From Octopus vulgaris (lineage: Eukaryota): DNA of 64,000 nt. The notes below the pieces were generated by a model, which saw nothing but the letters and a program-made list of their open reading frames with translations, was not told the DNA's origin and ran no database searches. Positions 52,158 through 64,000 of the stretch are shown here, piece after piece. How positions within the stretch are numbered: position 1 is the first letter of the stretch; each line of letters opens with the position of its first letter. The stretch covers positions 97,464,001 through 97,528,000 of the forward strand of contig OX597815.1 in NCBI GenBank assembly GCA_951406725.2, in the 5' to 3' direction. The position numbers were made by a program, and so were the translations under genes.

Positions 52158-52700
52158 TTTAGTGAGAGCAGCACGCCATAAAAGTGACACTTGGTTACAA
52201 TTACACGAAACCCAATATACCCGCCTGATATGGGTACACCAGGAACATACATCGCAAACATTTTTTGTGCGACATGGTGACCCCATATATGAAGATAAAT
52301 TACGCATGACCTAGCAGGTGGGTCCAATTAGAATTTTCTTGAGGTCGAGTCGCGCAACCCGCTCAAAAGGTCCTTCTATAGAGATTCCCTTAAGGTATAA
52401 ATGAACTAAATACCAATTTTTCTTGGAGTTAATTATTCAAATCCCATGGAGTCCCTCTCAACACTTGTTTATGATGTTCCCATACTACTACTGCTCATAA
52501 TCAGAAATACACATATAGTTATCCACTAAAGGACATGCTCAACTATTTGAGGCCAAGCAACTGACAAGAAAATCTGTGGTATTGAGCAGCATATTTGTTG
52601 TAGCCCATCGTTTTACACCAAGACAAAACATATACACGTTAATACTTCCAATGTATTAAGATCAGAGGCTATGAGAACCTCTGCCTGATATTGCATCAGG
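52157..52700 (-). mobile_element. ~500-bp interspersed repeat, copy 3
   Basis: Reverse complement of the 27150 family (CCACTAAAGGACATGCTCAAC..AATCTGTGGTATTGAGCAG), abutting (TAG)n. Confidence 0.8.
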
Positions 52701-53620
52701 ACATTTAATTATTTTTTTCTTGTTTTGTTGTTGATGTTGTTAATATTACACCAATGATTGCTAACAGATTGCAAATGTAAGTGCTGGTAGAGATGTATGA
52801 TCAAAGAACGCAACGTCTAGAAAAATGTATCAGAAAAGCTATACCAGCAAAGCAAAAATGGATAGGTATTGAAAGCCGTCATATTTTAAGATTTTTTGTA
52901 TAGAATTCATTTATTTCCCATGGTGAACGTAATACAGAATATAGCTAGAGAAACTGGAGAAATCATAAATTGAATGTCAGGCTGGCAATGTTTACGATTG
53001 TTCGATCAAATGCATGGAGATATAATACTAAGAAAAATAAACGGCATTTCAGTCTCCGAGTCTATTATCTTCCATACATGATATCCTGAATAACGCAATT
53101 AACGATACCTGCAATGTAATGAACGCAGTTCTCTAAGAAGAATACACAACGATCCTAACACATACGCCCCCACCCGCACGTATATTACATACATGCATAT
53201 ATCTTTATATTAGAACATGACGTATTACTTACAAAAAATATATACTATAGATAGTGAAATTGAAGAAATATTTTGAAATTGAAAAATTAATAATGAACAC
53301 TCAGAAATTGGTTATGACAGATGTTTGCGAAGCTATACGCTATCTAAATGGTGAATTGCATTATACTTAGACACTTCGAATTATGTTATACATATATACT
53401 CTGTATAAGATTGCTTATTTATAGAAGGAGAAAAGGATAAACAAATAGTTCATTGCAATTATAATGAACATCTTTAGTGCAACAGAAAGTTACTCAAATA
53501 CACTTGCTACAACAGAAAATGTACATCATCGATATTATTTGAACAACGTAGAATGATGGTTTGAAGAATAAGTTGAAAGGTTTCCAAGAACAAAATAATA
53601 ATAATAATAATAATAATAAC

Positions 53621-53689
<69 letters not shown>

Positions 53690-55061
53690 GTGATAATGAA
53701 TAAAACGATTTTTTTTTAAAATTAGGTATGCACTTTTACGTTTTAAGTTGTAACTGCTGCCAAGGTCAGCATTGTTTTCAATCTTCCGGATTCGATAAAA
53801 TAAATACAAATATTATAACGGTGTTGAGTTAATCGACTATATCTCTTCAAAAATGCCTGTCCCTGTGTCAATAGTAGAAATCAATATTATCAACAATTAT
53901 AAAATCGATATAACCAATTAACATTAAGAAAGCTACAAAGTGACTAAGAATCATAAAACTGAAAATACCGGAAATTAGGATCAGCTAATATAACTAATTG
54001 TAGGAGAAGACCGGTTGATAAGTCGATTCAAGTAGAAACACAATCAATTTTTACAAATTGCTATGCTTCATGAAAATATAAAGAACTTATAGGGAAGAAT
54101 TATGCAGAATATTCAAGAATATTCTAGTAAGAAAGTAGATAGATTAAAACAGAAGTTGAAAATATATCATCTGAAAAATAACTAAAAGGATAAAAGCAAA
54201 CGACGAACAAAGCATATGAACTCTCTGTGCACTAATGAATACTATAGCTATCTAATTATAACGAAACGCAACTAATCAAGAAAATGAAAAACCACAAAAT
54301 CGATAATTCCATAATTTGTGGACGTATAATATCTCTAATCATTACAGAGCAATGTCAGCTGATTACATATAAGAAATAAACTCTCACAGATATGCTCTAG
54401 CATCTCGATCACAGACACACTGTGCCCTGATTCTTTCTTTTACAAGGTGCAATGACCTTGTCGGACTGATAAAGGCCTCTGATCATGGGATCTATTTCCT
54501 TTCATGCCACTTTCACACAGGCATATACGATCAACTAAACTTACCATATCTGCCCATCTAGGTTGTACAACAACATTCAGGCAAAAGTTTAATCACTACG
54601 CTAAATTCTTCTTCAAAAAATGCGAGCGTGCACACATCCTTTCTTTTCCTTTGTACTAGCACGCATATTTTTACTTGTCGTGATTCAAGAACAATATTCA
54701 TACCATCACTCTCATACTTTTAGAACGACCGTCAGAAGTTAGAGTGACAGTCTCACAACCATCACGACACTGCAAATAAACTGCAGACTCTGCAAATAAA
54801 AATATTGCTCAAAACGTCTTCATTAGCAGAGAATATCCAATTCAATCTATTTAAATGTTAAATATTTTGTTTGTAGGCGTTTCATAATAGACCAAATGCA
54901 AAGAGATAACCAAGTCTAGAGAAAATATTGTTAAAGTGGTGCCAAGGCGAAAAACTCAATGCAGTTATACAACCAAGTTAACATAAGAGCTAAATACTCC
55001 TATACACATGTATTATAGACGCGTGCGCTCAAACACACACATACACACACACACACGCACG

Positions 55062-55139
<78 letters not shown>

Positions 55140-55142
<3 letters not shown>

Positions 55143-55370
55143 ATTGGGGGAATAGAGCAGGTAAAATCCAGGCTACATATGATTCCTACTTATCAGAAAC
55201 TCGAAAGTAATTATCACTCAAGGAGAGTTACTCCATTAGCTACTCATCAGGCCGAAGATACCTTAGCTGGATGAAGGTTACATTGTCATTAGGGGTTCAC
55301 ACTTTAACTGGCAGCTGATTTGATCAAGCATATGTAGCCTGGAATTTATCTGCTCCACTCCTACAATTTG
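55140..55370. mobile_element. MITE-like foldback with ~42-bp imperfect TIRs
   Basis: CAAATTG...GAGCAGGTAAAATCCAGGCTACATATG (55140-55181) vs CATATGTAGCCTGGAATTTATCTGCTC...CAATTTG (55329-55370). Confidence 0.65.
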
Positions 55371-55500
55371 GGGTTTTATTCCCATATATAGTAACCCTAG
55401 TTGCTAATCGTAAACCACAAAATAACTTTTTTTTTCAGCTTATCGAACATCGATGTAGGAGAAACTTATAACTTTCTATGAGAGTGGCTGACTGTACGAC

Positions 55501-55895
55501 TGCCGCCAGTCGTACAGTCAGCCGCTCACACCAGCTACGCTTATGATACATAAGTATTTTAGGCGGTCAAGGACACTGCAAAATTACCTACCTGCTATAT
55601 ATAAATGAGCTGATGAAAATAAAATGCAGTTCAATGCTGATAAGCTTCAAGCAATATTTTTTTCGGCCCACAGACTACAGTTGGAATACATAGGACCAGT
55701 GGGCAGTGTAATTTCAGAATTAGAATTAGTGCATGTCCTGGGAATCCACATGAATTATCATGCAACATTCCATGTGCGTTTTGCCATGATGGCAACACTC
55801 TGCAGGCGAGTAGGTAGATGGATTCTTAGATGATTCACAACTAGAAATAAGGTTACCTTGCTACTCCTATGGAGGACATTTGTCCTCACTCGTCT
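55501..55895 (+). mobile_element. Degenerate CR1-type RT fragment
   Basis: SYAYDT*V, MQFNADKLQ, VLGIHM, CRRVGRWILR*F, LLWRTFVLTRL; homologous to 60260-61072. Confidence 0.8.
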
Positions 55896-56264
55896 GTTTC
55901 ACCGAGTCAATCTTCTTTGTGCGGTGGCACTGGTTTGCCTCACGTTGTGCCACCAATTTGACGCTGTAATAACTTGTCCTGTACTTTTCCAGGTTTATAA
56001 TCTTAAGAGTATTACTTTACATACTCGCATTTTCACATATAATAAATAAATAAATAAATAAATAAATATATATATATATATAAAAGATACATTTAAACAC
56101 ATAAGGAGGTTTCCATCACAGGAATCATTTAAACCTCTTAATGTGTTTAGATGTACACTGTATTTTATATGAATAATATATAATCTATTGATGAATTTTT
56201 TTATACGCTAGAAAAATTTCTAAAATGTTTATTACCTGATATTATTAATTATATTCATACATAC

Positions 56265-56303
<39 letters not shown>

Positions 56304-56313
56304 CATATCCCCC

Positions 56314-56385
<72 letters not shown>

Positions 56386-56389
56386 TCCC

Positions 56390-56424
<35 letters not shown>

Positions 56425-58215
56425 CATATATGAAACAAAATCAACGTTCTTAAAAAGAGCCTGTACAGAGAGATTTGCAAATCCTCAAACCAGAAATCTG
56501 TTAAGTCAGAGATTGCTTTATGCTATGCAATAGTAACTATAACAACTGATCAAAGCCAGAAAAATAATGCGCGTGCTTCTGAAACTTTCTTGGGCTTCAT
56601 AAGTATATATAAACTAATGGCAGTACCATAACCTTGAGCATATTGCAGAGAATGATGAAGAATAAATATTGAAGAACGTGACTATGGAAGCCCGTATGGT
56701 GTTTAAAATCATCTACCCGTTTTACGTAGAAAATTCATGGTAGCATATGAATCTACGAAACAAGAAACGTACTGAGAAATGGAGGTTTTACAGATATTAA
56801 TATTAAAATGTGGCAATACTTCTCCTATGGTCTTCAGGAGTAATGAAATAAAGAAAATTTACCAAACATAAGCACGCTAGTAAGATACACCATATCAGGA
56901 ATAGCAAAGAATTGTTCTATGGAAAAGAAAGCTCATATTTAAAAAAATTTCAGTGTGTAAGAGAAAAACATAACTAGTCTAAAATAAAAAAATATATATT
57001 CCTCAATTAGCATATCAGCCCCATTGATCAATAACATTGCATGCACAGCCATACACATGATCGCTTTCTCTCTCACTCCTATATTTTTCACCTTTCTGTT
57101 TCTATTTCTTTCTCCCTCTCTCTCCCTCTCATTTTCTCTCTCTTCTCTCTCTCACTCTCTTTCTCACTGTCTCTCTCTCATGCACACACACATACACACA
57201 AACACGCGCACAAACACAGTTAGAAGATGTTGGAGTATAGCAATAACGAAAATTGATTTTTAACAATTTACTCTTGTACGAACGTCGGACACAGGATACA
57301 AAAGTTGAAATGCATAATAATATTGATTTCCAACATAATCACAAGTGTCACAAGGTTATACATTCTATGGAATGGGTGTAGACGATTCAGTCGACCTGAA
57401 GACTTGCCTGGCCCATGGTTCTTACTTTATTGTTTCTGGAAGGGTGAAACAGGTCAAAGGGTAGATTGAGCACAAAACTTGGAGGTGCTTAACTAAACAC
57501 TGCTGATATTTATTATCCGTCTATCTACTATTATCTGCCATCTACCGTCATTTCAATTAATAACACCCATAGTTCAAACTTAGTCGTATGATCTTGATCC
57601 GAAAAAATTGTAATTTAAATGATAATTATAATGAATGATATACAATAACTATGCGTTATATAAGCCAGTGAACAGGGAGAGAATTCAGTTTAGAGATAGA
57701 AAGAATAGTCTACATTATTCTGAATATAGCACAACTACGTGTACATGCTAGCAATGGTTTTCATCTATGACAAGGGGCTCATTAAAACAGTGTAATTTTA
57801 TGTACTTTTCTCTAGATTTGTTTATTCAAAATCCATCTTTCATATGCTTCCTTCATTCACTTTCGTACAACAGAAAGTGACCTGGCGTTAAAGATCTTTA
57901 TAAACCTCAACAACATCAAAAATAACCTCTTAGATGCTAGAAGTTTCAATCCAATGTGTGAAACGATTATGAAAATGGGATTTATGTTGTATCTTGGTTA
58001 ACATTTCTATTGCTTTCTGGAAGATAATGAGCTTGATTGTAAGAAGATATTTACTTGCATGATACTGTTTTCTACATATTTAAAGTTTATCAGAAATGTG
58101 GTGTCATTATACTACAAATGCAAAGCTCTTATATAAAAGTCCGTTGCACAAACAAGCATTCAAATACACACACATACGCACATAGACAGACTTACCCACA
58201 CACACACACACACAC

Positions 58216-58266
<51 letters not shown>

Positions 58267-58386
58267 TTGAATATATGCATATATATATGTAAATATACAG
58301 ATATATTGTATATATACATATACATATGAATATATGCATATATATATATGTAAATATACAGATATATGGTATATATATGAAAAGAA

Positions 58387-58600
58387 AAGGCGTGGAGCTG
58401 GCATAAACGTTAGGATGCCGGGTGATATGCTTAGTGTTATTTCGTCTGTCTTTATGTTCTGAGTTCAAATTCCGCCGAGGTCGACTATACCTTCCATCCT
58501 TTCGGGGTCGATAAATTAAGTACTTGTTGCGTACTGGGGTCGATCTTATCGACTAACCCCCCTCTCTATAATTTCGGGTCTTGTGCTTGAAGTGGAAAAC
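58387..58600 (+). mobile_element. AAGGCGG-type SINE with the alternative tail
   Basis: AAGGCGTGGAGCTGGC..GAGTTCAAATTCCGCCGAGGTCGAC..CATCCTTTCGGGGTCGATAAATTAAGTAC. Confidence 0.9.
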
Positions 58601-58844
58601 AAAATGTCATGAAGAATTGGAAAATTCCGCCTATTCCTAATACCTTTCTTGCCCTACAATTTAAGTTCTAAGGAGGATCACTCTTTAACATCTTTAGCAT
58701 TTTAATTTTTATATTTTTGTATTTGTGTTTTCAGATTAAGCGTTTGATTTTCCGTTCGTACCCTTCCACATGTTCTATTTCTTGCCTTCTCACTTTTTAC
58801 GCGTTTCTTCTCTTATTCTAAAGTTTTCGTTCGACATAATATGT

Positions 58845-58905
58845 GGCTTGTACCTGATGAATATGTTCGAGATATTTCTCAACATATGAAACAATTAGCA
58901 TAACT
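58845..58905 (+). ncRNA. Type I hammerhead-ribozyme-like motif with long stem II
   Basis: CTGATGA (58854-58860), stem ATATGTT(C)GAGA-TATT-TCTCAACATAT, GAAA (58888-58891), CAATTA. Helix I is imperfect. Confidence 0.55.
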
Positions 58906-59105
58906 TAAAAGCCTGTATTGTGTCCTTTAAATAAACGATATATATCTCTCGCCAGATGGAATACAATTTTGTTGAATTTTCTATCACGGAATAGTACATT
59001 ATCAATCAAACTATCTCACTGTCTATGTCTATGTCTATGTCTATGTCAATTTCTCTCTCTCTCTCTTTCTCTCTCTCTCTGTCTCTCTCTCTCTGTATAT
59101 ATGTG

Positions 59106-59677
<572 letters not shown>

Positions 59678-60020
59678 AAAATATATATATATGTATATAT
59701 ATATATATAAACTCAGAATGTCTGTCTCTGTGTCTGTAAGTGTGCATTGTTTAAACTCGAGACATTTTACACATGTCTTACTTAGGGTCCATGAGTAATC
59801 CCATATTTCGTACTCTATTTCAGTATTACTTGTCAATAGTTGCATAATTAATAGTGAAAATATTATCTCACCTATGTACATGCATACTTATATAATATAT
59901 GTATATATATATATACATATATATATAAATTTATATATATATATATATATATTATGTATACATATATACGTATATATTATGAATATATATGTGTGTATAT
60001 ATATATATATATATACATAT

Positions 60021-61069
60021 TTTACTAGTTTCAGCTCAGAGCTGCGGCCATGCTGATGCACCGCCGTTTTGTGCTACACTGTTATTACGACGAACCTCGT
60101 CTAATATGTGGCACTTGGTGAAGAATGGAGTTTGATATAGCTACTCACATTTGCACCTCTTGCCGTGAGGTAGTTTCATCTGGGACTCTTGACAGGAAGA
60201 TGTCCAGCTTTGATTTGAAAACCGCTACATCTACTTTGTGCAAGTTCCTCAGACTCTTTTTAGAGAATTTTAAAAAGCTGTGGGCCGTTGAAACCCAGGC
60301 TGTTACAGAGGCTAGTCCTGAAGCGTGATGGCATTCCTGGGATCTTTGGCACTATGCAGTGTCGTCCCGTTCTAGCATTGGTGTAGCTTACAATGCCAAA
60401 ATTTGGTACAATTCCTTCCAGGATCTTCCAGACATATATTACTGCATACCTCTCCCGTCTTATCTCCAGGGAGTAGAGTCTTAGCTGTTTCAACCTTTCC
60501 CAGTTGCTGAACTGTTGCCAAGAGACGAACTTCTTTGTGAATCTTCTCTGGATTGCTTCAAGGTCCGCTGTTAATTTTACACTGGTGGATGACCATAACT
60601 GTGAGCAATAATCCAGGCGGCTGAGAACGAATATCCGCCAGAGGACCATCATGGTTTCCTTATCTCTGGTCCTGAATGTTCTTAGGATCCACGCAGCCAG
60701 TCGTCTGCACTTTGTCGCCATCCTGGTAATGTGCACTTGGAAAGAGGTATCATCACTCATGTCGATACCCAGGTCCCTCACAGACTTAGGCTCTGGGGTG
60801 GAAATTCCCTGTAGACAAGTGTATCCTGTAAGTTTAATATTCAGTTTTGGATGCTGGTAGCGCAGGGTCTGGAATTTTTCAGCATTAAACTGCATATTAT
60901 TATCCTCAGCCCATCTGTTGATTGAGTCCAACTCTTGCTGCAGGTGTGCAACATCGCTGGGGTTCTGTATTTTCTGCGAGACATTCGTATCATCTGCATC
61001 GCTGGCCAGAGAGGCTATCCCGGCATTTGAGGGCATATCTGAGAGGGCCACTATAAAAAGCAGTGGTCC
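60021..61069 (-). mobile_element. 5'-truncated CR1-type LINE
   Basis: ORF 60260-61072: GPLLFIV..DADDT..MQFNAEK..VRDLGI..SRLDYCSQLWS..RRERYAVIYVWKIL. 3' tail CAGCATGGCCGCAGCTCTGAGCTGAAAC. Confidence 0.92.
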
Positions 61070-61213
61070 CATATATATATATTATGTATACACATATACA
61101 TATATATTATGAATATATATGTGTGTATACATATATATGTATATATATATATATATTATGTATACACATATACACATATGTTATGCATATATATGTGTGC
61201 ATACATATATATG

Positions 61214-61263
<50 letters not shown>

Positions 61264-61334
61264 TGTGTATATATGTATGTATATATATATATATATGTAT
61301 ATATATATGTATATATATGTATATATATATCCTT

Positions 61335-63480
61335 AAATCCTTAAAAATGTTTTAGCCCGAAGGCTGCGGCCATGCTGGGGCACCACCGCTGAATGAGCTA
61401 CACTAGTTTGTGAATCCACCTCTGATACGTGGCACTTGATCAACAAGGGAGTTCGATGCTGCTGCCCGCATCCGTGTCTCCTGTCGTGAGGTAGGTTCAT
61501 CTGGGACTCCCAACAAGAAGAGATCCAGTTTAGTTTTAAAGAAACCCACATCCACACCATGTAAGTCTCTCAGGCATTTAGGGAGGATGTTAAAGAGATG
61601 TGGTCCTCTGAAACCCAAGCTGTTGCAGTATCTGGACCTGTATTTTGATGGTGATGTTGGAATCCTTGGCACCACGCAGCGGCGCCCCGTTCTGCGGTTG
61701 GAGTAACTTTGAATGCCAAAGTTTGGGACAAGACCCTCCAGGATTTTCCAGATGTATATCACTGCATATCTCTCCCGCCTCCGCTCCAGGGAGAAGAGGT
61801 TTAATACCTTCAGTCTTTCCCAGTAGCTGACATTTTGCATTGTGACGATTTTCTTTGTGTAGCTTCTCTGAATTGCTTCGAGTTCTGCTGTTTGTTTTAT
61901 ATTGTGTGGTGACCAAAGTTGGGAGCAGTAGTCCAAGCGGCTGAAGACGAATGTTTTCCATAGGACCATCAGTGTCTCCTTCTCTCTTGTTCTGAAAGTT
62001 CGGAGAATCCATCAAGCTAGCCGTCTGCATTTTATCACCAGATTAGCAATATGCATTTGGAAAGATGCATCATTGCTCATGTCAATGCCCAGGTCACGCA
62101 CTGATTTTGACTCAGGGATTGCAATTCTTCCTGGGCCAGTGTATCCAGTTTTCACGTCATTTACCTTTGTGTGCCAGCAGCGCAGGACCTGGAACTTACC
62201 TGCATTAAACTGCATGTTGTTGTCCTCAGCCCACCTGTATATTGTGTCCAGCTCATGTTGCAGATGCGCAATATTTTCAGGGTTTTGTATTGCGTGGGAG
62301 ACTTTTGTGTCATCTGCATAGCTAGCAAGGGTGGTCATCGTAGCAACTGAAGGCATGTCTGAAAGGGCCACTATGAACATCAGTGACCCCAAGACAGTGC
62401 CCTGTGGGACACCGCTTGTTATTTGCGTTTCCTTGGAGATGGCTCCATTGCTCACAACTGCCTGTTTTCTGTCTTTTAGGAAGTTGTGCAGCCACTCTCC
62501 ATGTTTCCCGCCTATGCCGAGACCACGCAGTTTGTGACAGATCATACCATGGTCGACTTTATCAAAGGCTTTTGCAAAGTCGAGATATATTACATCCACA
62601 TTTGAGCCATTTAGTAGCTGTTTCAACACCCAGTCATAGTGTTGCAGGAGCTGTGTTAGGCAGCTTCTACCTGGTCGAAATCCATGCTGGGTGTCAGACA
62701 GCAAGTCATTTTCTTCAAGGAACATGATTAGTTTCTTACGGACTATTCGTTCCATGACTTTGCTGATGTGTGAGGTCAGAGAGATAGGCCTATAATTTTT
62801 AGCATCTGCTCTGCTACCTCCCTTATGGATAGGGCATATTACCCCCTCTTTCAGTTTGACTGGGAGCTTACCACTTGCAAGAAAGCTCTGCAAAAGAAGC
62901 TGTAGCGGTTTTGCAAGGGCTCGTTTGCACGATTTGAGAAGGATCGCTGGGAATCCATCAGGTCCAGTAGCTGAGTTTGTGTCAATCGCATCAATGGCTA
63001 GTGTGATATCATCATCTTCGATGTTGATGTACTCAATTTTTGTCTCTTTGGCCGCAGGTAAAGTGGCAAAGAATTCTTCTGGGTTGTTTACTTGCATGTG
63101 TCCTAGAGGTGTAGTGAACACACTTTGGAACTGTTCGTTCAGTATTTCACTTATCCTCGTGGGATTTCCTGTGAGAGAGCCATCTTTTTGGAAGAGAGGT
63201 CCTATTCTCTGGTGCACTGTGGCTGTCTCTTTGGCAAACTTAAAGAAAGCTTTAGGGTTTGATTTTATATTTTCTATTACCCAAGCTTCTTTATCTGCTC
63301 TCTCCTTTTCATGGGACTGATGTAGACTTTTCTCAGTTTCCATTAGCATTCTTTCGAGCCGGGACTTCTCACCACTTTTGGTGTGCTTGCTCAGGCGGTT
63401 TGCAATCCTTGTCCGTCGTCTCATAAGAATCCTCCTTTCTCTAGGGATCCTGTTTTTGTTCTTGTGTGTGCTGGCCCTGC
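61335..63480 (-). mobile_element. 5'-truncated CR1-type LINE with nearly intact RT frame (one in-frame stop at 62012-62014)
   Basis: [51 protein letters not shown]. ORFs 62012-63484 and 61403-61969 are in the same frame; no endonuclease domain is retained. Confidence 0.95.
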
Positions 63481-63577
63481 ACACATATATGTATATATAT
63501 GTATATATATATATGTATGTATATGTATATATATATATATGTATATATATGTATAAATATATATATATATATGTATG

Positions 63578-63608
<31 letters not shown>

Positions 63609-63627
63609 ATGTGTGTGTGTATATATG

Positions 63628-63686
<59 letters not shown>

Positions 63687-63749
63687 GTATATATATATGT
63701 ATGTATATGTATATATATATATATATGTATATATATGTATATATGTGAA

Positions 63750-64000
63750 GGCGCATGGCTCAGTGGTTAGAGCGTCGAGCTTACGATCGTGTGGTTGTGA
63801 GCTCGAATCCCGGACCGGGCTGCGTGTTGTGTTCTTGAGCAAGGCACTTTATTTCACGTTGCTCCAGTTCACTCAGCTGTAGAAATGAGTTGCGACGTCA
63901 CTGGTGCCAGGCTGTATCGACCTTTGTCTTTCCCTTGGATAACACTGGTGGTGTGGAGAGGGGAGGCTGGTATGCATGGGCGACTGCTGGTCTTCCATAA
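63750..64000 (+). mobile_element. CORE-like tRNA-derived SINE (octopus OR-type), runs off the window
   Basis: GGCGCATGGCTCAGTGGTTAGAGCGTCGAGCTTACGATC..TCGAATCCC..GTTGTGTTCTTGAGCAAGGCACTTTA. Confidence 0.9.

Overview
AT-rich eukaryotic genomic DNA, most likely from an octopus (coleoid cephalopod), judging by the SINE families and the density of (TA)n/(TG)n/(GATA)n/(TAA)n/(TAG)n microsatellites. The only host coding sequence I can support is one 105-bp, phase 0-0 exon (35604-35708, +) encoding the end of the amino-terminal domain of a non-NMDA (kainate/AMPA-type) ionotropic glutamate receptor. The window is therefore probably two very large introns. The rest is mobile-element debris: at least four tRNA-derived SINE families; CR1-, R4/Dong-, RTE- and Tx1/L1-type LINE pieces; Penelope-like elements with hammerhead-ribozyme-like motifs; mariner ends; and several foldback/MITE structures. 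The most interesting signal is a set of elements sharing one Tx1/L1-type 3' tail (TGTCC..TGTCCC(C)TCT..AATAAAG(G)AAA). It includes an ORF1-only (HAL1-like) retroelement with a 16-bp TSD, inserted at the same site in a SINE head as a tail-bearing SINE; an internally deleted ~1-kb derivative; and decayed ORF2 pieces of the putative autonomous partner. Most ORFs in the supplied track are translations of microsatellites. All family names come from motif recognition by eye; no database search was run.
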